64,000 bases of DNA, taken from positions 1,056,001-1,120,000 of the forward strand of contig CAWBMV010000034.1 of NCBI GenBank assembly GCA_963789955.1, given 5' to 3'. Below, piece by piece: positions 54,028 to 64,000 of this stretch. The position numbers and the translations under genes are program-made. The notes under the pieces were generated by a model. It saw nothing but the letters and a program-made list of their open reading frames with translations, did no database searches and was not told the origin of the DNA. The stretch's first letter is position 1, and every line of letters begins with the position of its first letter. The DNA is from an uncultured Candidatus Rokubacteria bacterium (lineage in GTDB: Bacteria > Methylomirabilota > Methylomirabilia > Rokubacteriales > CSP1-6).

Positions 54028-55767
54028 CTAGTCGGTGCGGGGCCCAAGCGTGGCGGACGTTGTCTGAGCTTCGCCCGCTCGCAGATAGAGGACCGAGACC
54101 GTGTCGCCGGGCTGGCGATCGCGGATCAAGGCGCGAAGCTCTTCGAGGCCGTCGACCGTGGTCCCGGCGAAGCGCACGATCACGTCACCCTCCCGAAGGC
54201 CGGCGCGCTCGGCCGCGGTCCCCGGCATCACGCTCGAGAGCGTGAGGCCGTCGGTCCCGGGGCGCGGCACCGCGACGACGCCGAGGAGCGCGCCGCCGGC
54301 GGCGGCTCCGGCGCCCTGCCGGCGAGCCGGCCGCGTCACCTGAGCGTAGGCCGGACGCGACTTCGGCGGCGAGCCGCTCGATGACCCGCGCGCCGACGGA
54401 CGCGACGCGGGCCATGCCGGCCGCGTCGATCTTGTCGGCCGTATCGCCCGGCCGATGGTAGTCGGCGTGACCGCCCGTGGAGAAGAAGAGGACCGGCACG
54501 CCAGCCGCGTAGAACCGGCTGTGATCGGACGGACCGTACGGCGAGCCATTGACGTCGAGCGTGACGCCGTCGGCCTGCGCCGCGTCGCTCACGAGCGCGC
54601 CGAGCCGGCTGCCGCTGTCGCCGCCGGCGACGTGAAGTGGCCGCCCTTGCAGCCGGCCGACCATGTCGAAGTTCACCATCCCGACGGTGCGATCGAGCGG
54701 GACCGCGGGCCGGTTCACGTAGTGGCGAGAGCCGATCAGGCCCAGCTCCTCGGCGCCGAAGAACGCGAAGACCAGGGTGCGGCCGGCGCCGCCGGCCGCG
54801 GCGAATGCACGCGCGAGCCCGAGGACCACCGCGGTGCCGGAGCCGTTGTCGTCGGCGCCCGGGTACACGACGCCGTCGACGCGGCCGAGGTGATCGTAGT
54901 GCGCGCCGACCACGACGGCTTCGGAGACGAGCGCGGGGTCGACGCCGGGCAGAGAGTCCGATGACGTTCGCGGCGCGTGTCTCGTCGGTGACCTGCTCGA
55001 TACGGATGTGCGCGCGGGTGCCCGTCGCGAACGGCACCGGAACCCGCGCCGCGGACAGCGCGCGAGTCACGTCGGCGATCGTTCGACCGGCGGGAGCCAG
55101 GACCGCGTCGGCGACTTCGCGCGTGACGGCACCCGAGAGCAAGCCGACCTCGACCGCCGTCTTGTCCGGCGTCGGGAGCTCGTCGCCCACGATCAGCAAC
55201 GCCGCGGCGCCGCGTCGCTGGGCCGTGATCAGCTTGTCCAGGCGCCCTACCCGCGCGCTGGCCAGCTGCGCCGGCGCGCCATCGAGCGCGAGCGCGATCT
55301 TTCCACGAACGTCAATACCGGCGTAGTCGTCGTAGGCGGGGTCGGCGATCTCGATTCCGTAGCCGACGAACACGACCTCGCCGCTGACCTCGCCGGCGAG
55401 CGAGCCGCCGTGGGCGATCCAGTCGCCTCCGAAGTCGAGCTTCCGTAAGGTCGGCCCGAGCAGGTCCAGACTGCTCGCCGGACCGGGACGCGACGACGTC
55501 TCGAGGACGAAGGTTTGCAGAAAGGATCCCGCGTCTCCGCCGGGCCGGAGCCCCGCGGCGGCGAGCCAGTCGGCGAGCCGGCGGGCGGCATGATCGCCGC
55601 CCGGTGTGCCCGACCGGCGGCCGTCCATCTCCGGCGTGGTCAGGGCATTGACGCTCTCGGCGAGGGACGCGGCCTGGGGCGGTACGATCGCCGTCCGCGC
55701 GGACGCGCCGGCCGCCGCGACGATCAGAAGTATGGCGAAGAGGAAATGTGACGAAACGGCGGGTCAC
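54028..55767 (-). CDS. M28 family aminopeptidase with PA and C-terminal PDZ domains, frameshifted
   Basis: VGAHYDHLG, GADDNGSG, AEELGLIGS, SDH, DYH; PA-domain VFVGYGI; PDZ-like AERAGLREGDVI. Confidence 0.88.
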
Positions 55768-56552
55768 ATGCGCATTTTACTCTACCCGGAGCGCGGCGCC
55801 GCCGCTGCGGGCGTTCGTGACGCGATCTGCTCAATCCTCCTGGGTGCATGGGCATCGACGCGCAGCGCGCGCCACGCCACGACGCAGGCCACGACACAGT
55901 CGCAAGCGCCCGCAACGCGCCGGCATCGGCGCGTGCCTGTCCACGCGCACCGCAGCGCGGCTTGCGGCATCGTCCATGCGATACTTCGAGGCGCGCAGGA
56001 GGCGACACATGATCACGATCGCGAGCCTCTGAATCTTGGCCGTGGCAGTTTCCTGGCGTTTTTTCTCGCCGCAGCGTGCGAACAGTGCATCGTTTATTGC
56101 GTCTTCCAATGCGAGGGAGCGATGTCCAGGCGAGTTACCTGGGAAACCAGCCGTAGGGCCGCCCATCGACGTGACGGAGTGCAGCGAATTCCGACCGAAG
56201 AACGCGATCACGTGCATCGACGACGCCGCGCTGCTGGGTCTACCACAGCGGGCGCTCAACGGCTAGCGCTGGTGGATTCGCGGGCGCCGCCGCCGAGCGC
56301 CCCCGCGCCCAACCGCGCGAGTTGCTCAAAGCAATAACGCTCCTCCTGGGTGCCCCACGCGGAGCCCACCGCCGTGAGCACGTGCACGTTGCCCGATTAC
56401 GAACACGACTTCGCTCGCGACTTCTCCTCGACGACGCGAATCATCGTGGCGATCGAGTGCCGGCGCCTCACGAAGCCGTTAGTGAGGCGTCTGCACCACC
56501 GCATGGCTGGCAACAGCAACGGAATCCCCGCGATTTCTAAAGGCCCCTTGCA

Positions 56553-56567
56553 CGGCGCGATTGATGC
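56553..56567 (+). promoter_or_regulatory. Possible sigma54 promoter
   Basis: CGGCGCGATTGATGC, GG-N10-GC, just upstream of GAGGAGG and ATG 56596. Confidence 0.4.
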
Positions 56568-56595
56568 ACATGCCTTCGCCCGAGGAGGCCGAGCA

Positions 56596-56847
56596 ATGGA
56601 CTGGTTTAGTGAGTGGCAGCCCGTGCCCAATCTGGAGATCGACCGTGCTCAAGCTAATCCGTACCTCGGGGAACTCATGGCCTGGGCCATCTTGATCGTC
56701 CTCGCGTTGGTTGTGACCGCTGTTTGGTACCGTCAGCGCCGGTGGCGTGTCGCTGTTCTGGTAAGCGCAACCGTCGGACGCGACGTCGAAGTCCGCTGGC
56801 TTCAGGTTCGGATGTGCGGTGTCCTGCTCGGCATTCGAACATCTTGA
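56596..56847 (+). CDS. Small hypothetical membrane protein
   Basis: Strong GAGGAGG RBS; one TM segment (WAILIVLALVVTAVWY) followed by basic residues. Confidence 0.5.
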   Translation: MDWFSEWQPVPNLEIDRAQANPYLGELMAWAILIVLALVVTAVWYRQRRWRVAVLVSATVGRDVEVRWLQVRMCGVLLGIRTS

Positions 56848-57059
56848 TGGCGATCGCTTGCGCCCGGCGTTGTCTCGATCGCAGCTTCCGCGTGCAATGG
56901 CCGCCGGCGCTTGCCCGTCTTTACGGGCGGCGAGACCCCGCGCCTTGTTGTCTGAAACGGAGGGAGTATGAAGAAGCTTGCGCAACACACCATGCGTTGC
57001 CCGATGGAAGAGCGCTCCGCAACGGTTAAAGCACAGATCTGATCCCGAGGGCTAAGGGT

Positions 57060-57481
57060 ATGATTTCGCAAAGATATGGTTCCGCTCGACATTTCAGTTC
57101 TAACACAGCAACGCTGAACGGCACTCAAAGTCACAGCAGGACGATCTGCTTGCTCCGTCCATCAGATAAGACGCCTGACGGCAGCTGATTCGCCGGAGGC
57201 GCAAATTGCCGCTCTTCGAGAGGCTCAGCAATATCTGAAGCAGATCAGCAGGATCCTCGCAGATAGAGGGTTGAGCGTTGAGGCAAAGGTTTCGTGCCGG
57301 GCCCCCAGCAGCGGCGATCGTAGCGGCGGCGTGTTCGGAGAAAGTCGATCTGATCAGTGATGGCGACCCACGGTCGGAGCGGCCTCGAGCGTCTCGTGCT
57401 CGGCAGCATAACTGGTGGATTGTGCAGTGCGCACGTGCCGTTCTCGTCGTCCGCCAGAAGGCGTTCCGTCGGACGTCGTAG
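57060..57481 (+). pseudogene. Degenerate universal stress protein gene
   Basis: Fragments FRKDMVPLDIS, EAQQYL, KVDLI and MATHGRSGLERLVLGS lie in different frames; composition is AT-richer than flanking genes. Confidence 0.7.
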
Positions 57482-57551
57482 TTGGGGCCACGCCAGCGGG
57501 CGCCGACTTACGCGTCTAGGCGCTCACGACGATCTAGGTGGGGGGAGGTGA

Positions 57552-61318
<3,767 letters not shown>

Positions 61319-61326
<8 letters not shown>

Positions 61327-62338
61327 TCTGTCCACGCGCTACCTGGGTCTGACGCTCAGGAACCCGCTCGTGGCCTCGGCCTCGCCGCTCTGCGAATCGC
61401 TCGACAACATCCGGCGGATGGAGGACGCGGGCGCAGCAGCCGTGGTCCTGCATTCGCTCTTCGAGGAGCAGATCAACCTCGAGAGTCATCACCTGGACCG
61501 CTATCTGTCGCTCGGGACGGAGAGCTACGCCGAATCGCTCACCTACTTCCCCGACATGACGAGCTACAACCTCGGTCCGGATGCCTACCTCGAGCACGTG
61601 CGGCGGGCCAAGGCTGCCGTGGATCTACCGATCATCGGCAGTCTCAACGGCGTCTCGACCGGAGGCTGGATCACCTATGCCCGGGAGATCGAGCAGGCGG
61701 GCGCGGACGCGCTCGAGCTGAACGTCTACTACATTCCAGCCGATGCTGGGCTGACCGGCGGGCAGGTCGAACAGATGTACGTGGACCTCGTGCGCGACGT
61801 GAAGCGGCACGTCACGATTCCGGTTGCGGTGAAGCTCGGGCATGGGTTCAGCGCAATGGCCAATCTCGCACAGCGTCTGGACAGCGTGGGCGCCGACGGC
61901 CTCGTCTTGTTCAACCGGTTTTATTTGCCCGATTTCGACCTCGAGAGCCTCGAGGTCGTACCGCGGTTGACGCTCAGCAGCTCTCACGAGTTACTGGTTC
62001 GGCTGCATTGGGCCGCCATCATCTATGGGCGCGTGCGCGCCGATCTGGCGATCACCGGCGGCGTCCACACCGGTGCCGATGCACTCAAGGCGATGATGGC
62101 GGGGGCCCGCGTGGCGATGATGACCTCGGCCCTCCTTCAGCACGGCATCGAGCATCTGACGGCAGTCCGCGCCGAGCTTGCTCAATGGATGGAATCGCAC
62201 GAGTACGAGTCGATCACGCAGATGCAGGGCAGCATGAGCTACCGCTCCGTGCGAGAGCCTACTGCGTTCGAGCGCGCCAATTACATGAAGGTCCTGAGTT
62301 CATACACCCTCAGGCATCAGGGACCCGGGACACCATAG
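61319..62338 (+). CDS. Dihydroorotate dehydrogenase-like flavoprotein (PFOR-associated type)
   Basis: [51 protein letters not shown]. Confidence 0.9.
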
Positions 62339-62393
62339 GCGTCAGATGGGACGTGGACGGAACCGTGACCGTCATGGCTCGGAGGACGACGGC

Positions 62394-62813
62394 ATGTTCA
62401 AGCGCATCCTGGTGCCACTCGATCTGAGTGGGAGGAATGAACGGACCCTCGATACCGCCCGAGAATTAGCGCAATTGCACCACGCGCGCGTGACGTTGCT
62501 CCACGTCGTCCAGCAGATCCCGGACGCCGCGACGAGCGAGTTGCGTGGGTTCTACCGGCGACTGGAGCGCATGTCAGCGCGGAGGCTCGGGCACATCGCC
62601 GAGCGATTCGCTGCGAGGGGCCTGGGCGTCGCTGTGGCGGTCTGCATCGGGGAGCCGGCCCGTGAGATCGTGAAGACCGCCGCGTCCAAGAAGATCGACC
62701 TGATCGTCATGGGTTCCCACAAGGTCAGGCCGGGTCCCCCTGCGAACGGTTGGGGCACTACAAGCTACAAGGTCGGCATCTTCTGTCAGTGTCCGGTGCT
62801 GCTGGTCAAATGA
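62394..62813 (+). CDS. Universal stress protein
   Basis: MFKRILVPLDLS, IDLIVMGSH, CPVLLVK; GGAGG RBS. Confidence 0.9.
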   Translation: MFKRILVPLDLSGRNERTLDTARELAQLHHARVTLLHVVQQIPDAATSELRGFYRRLERMSARRLGHIAERFAARGLGVAVAVCIGEPAREIVKTAASKKIDLIVMGSHKVRPGPPANGWGTTSYKVGIFCQCPVLLVK

Positions 62814-63025
62814 AGGCAACGACCACGATGCGGATCGCTCGTGCCGACTTCGTCGCGCTCGTCCAAAATACTCTCGCGACGCCACCACGATCCTGATCGT
62901 ACGACCCGGGGCGCGCTGGGGCACGCGTTCTCCAGTGAGGCAACGTCGCCCCAGCCGCGGAGCCGTCCTGAGTCCAGACGCACGTCAAATGGCCAACTTC
63001 ACGTCGATTGCCGCGGGCCGGCCAG

Positions 63026-63040
63026 TGGCACGTTCGTTGC
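63026..63040 (+). promoter_or_regulatory. sigma54 (-24/-12) promoter
   Basis: TGGCACGTTCGTTGC is an exact TGGCACG-N4-TTGC consensus, upstream of GAGGAGG and GTG 63109. Confidence 0.8.
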
Positions 63041-63108
63041 GTCGCGAAGCAACCACGAACACCGTCATCGCGCAGTGAACGGCTGGAAGACATCGAGGAG
63101 GGTATCTC

Positions 63109-63537
63109 GTGATCAGCGAGCTTCGTGCCTTTCTGATCCGCGAACAGGCTCCATTCGAGGTCGGTGATGCCGACGGCCGCCGCTTCGCGAAGGTCGTGGC
63201 CCTGCGCGACGGCGACTTGTACGCGCTGGCCGTTCTGCCGGCGGCGTCCGCCCTCGACCTGATCGGATTCCGCCGCCGAATCGGACGGTACGCCCTGACC
63301 GTCGCCAACGAAGACGAGTTCAGGGGCCAGTTCCCCGAGTTGCCTCGGGGGCCTTTGATGCCGTTTGGACGCTTGCTCGGGATTCCTGTCTACCTCGATC
63401 GCGGCCTCGCCGAGGAGACCGCGATGACGTTTGAGAGCGGCGTGGCTCGCGAAATGGTCAGCATGCCGATGCGCGACTACGTGCGGGCCGAGCGACCCGC
63501 GATCGCACCGCTCGCGCGAGCGCTGCGTGCGGCGTGA
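63109..63537 (+). CDS. YbaK/ProX-like aminoacyl-tRNA editing domain protein (short)
   Basis: AKVVAL, LAVLPA, A.EDEF...FP, MPFG.L.GIPVYLD, FESG. Confidence 0.75.
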   Translation: MISELRAFLIREQAPFEVGDADGRRFAKVVALRDGDLYALAVLPAASALDLIGFRRRIGRYALTVANEDEFRGQFPELPRGPLMPFGRLLGIPVYLDRGLAEETAMTFESGVAREMVSMPMRDYVRAERPAIAPLARALRAA

Positions 63538-63539
63538 GG

Positions 63540-63679
63540 ACAAGCATGAGTTGAAGGTCGATCTCGTGCTGCTGGCCACGCACGGGCGCGGCGAGATCCA
63601 TCGACTCCTGGTGGGCAGCGTGGCCGACCGCGTGATCCGGATGGCGCCGTGCCCAGTGTTCACGGTCAAGGAGGCTTGA
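63540..63679 (+). pseudogene. C-terminal fragment of a universal stress protein
   Basis: KVDLVLLATHGRGEIHRLLVGSVADRVIRMAPCPVFTVK with no N-terminal half. Confidence 0.75.
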
Positions 63680-63926
63680 TTCGGGCAGGTCCGCAGTGCG
63701 ACGTTGATCCGACTGGCTCCGAGTAGAGTCTCCATGGCTCGCGCATCAGCACGTCGCTATGAAGCGAATGTCCGTTCTTGCTCCCCTGAGTTTTCGCGGC
63801 AGCTGCGCCGAGGGTACGCGGCTGCGAAACGCGGGTGGTACGACGGCGCCCCACTCGCTGGGGCACCCGCGCACCAGCGCTGCTGACGTCCCTTTCCCAA
63901 CATCGCGAAATGACGTCGTTCGGCTC

Positions 63927-63941
63927 TGGCAATCCGTATGC
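63927..63941 (+). promoter_or_regulatory. sigma54 promoter for the next gene (ATG 63993, runs off the window)
   Basis: TGGCAATCCGTATGC, GG-N10-GC; AAGGAGG RBS at 63982. Confidence 0.6.
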
Positions 63942-64000
63942 ACTATTAGATGGTCGACCGGGCCCGAAGAGCGGCCCGGGAAAGGAGGGTGCGATGCGGA

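Noticed and set aside
5070..55767. Mass pseudogenisation or programmed frameshifting
   Set aside because: Breaks are isolated single-base indels without slippery sites, with intact catalytic motifs and no substitution-derived stops that I noticed, which fits long-read error.

Overview
High-GC bacterial DNA from a diderm organism (it encodes Omp85-, OprD- and OprM-type outer-membrane proteins). The style suggests Rokubacteria/Methylomirabilota, but that is an unverified guess. Many genes are split by single-base indels, mostly insertions in the cases I checked, which look like long-read errors; the CDS coordinates below are my stitched reconstructions. Layout: (1) 1-8.6 kb, a Liv-type ABC importer/acyl-CoA ligase operon with a lipoprotein truncated haemoglobin, PfkB kinase and transaldolase. 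The livH-livM gap holds two oppositely oriented copies of an unrecognised ~170-bp hairpin element. (2) 8.6-15.8 kb, sigma54-type promoters, thioredoxin, M48 protease, K+ channel, a ba3-type oxidase and an orphan Glu/Asp-binding protein. (3) 15.9-51.4 kb, a large putative acid/pH-homeostasis island: HdeD-like/phosphoesterase fusion, Omp85, OprD porin, Orn/Lys/Arg decarboxylase, AspT x2, AspD, DASS, NhaA, RND pump, MscS, NhaP, APC-like transporter, DUF808, DUF2950/DUF3300, lipase-like lipoprotein and an HdeA/B-like chaperone. (4) 51.5-55.8 kb, M28 peptidase, FAAL-like ligase and LLM oxidoreductase. (5) 55.8-64 kb, a sigma54-associated low-oxygen region with PFOR, a DHODH-like flavoprotein, universal stress proteins and a YbaK-like protein. 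I saw no rRNA, tRNA, CRISPR array, integrase or transposase. All family calls come from motif recognition by eye, not database searches.
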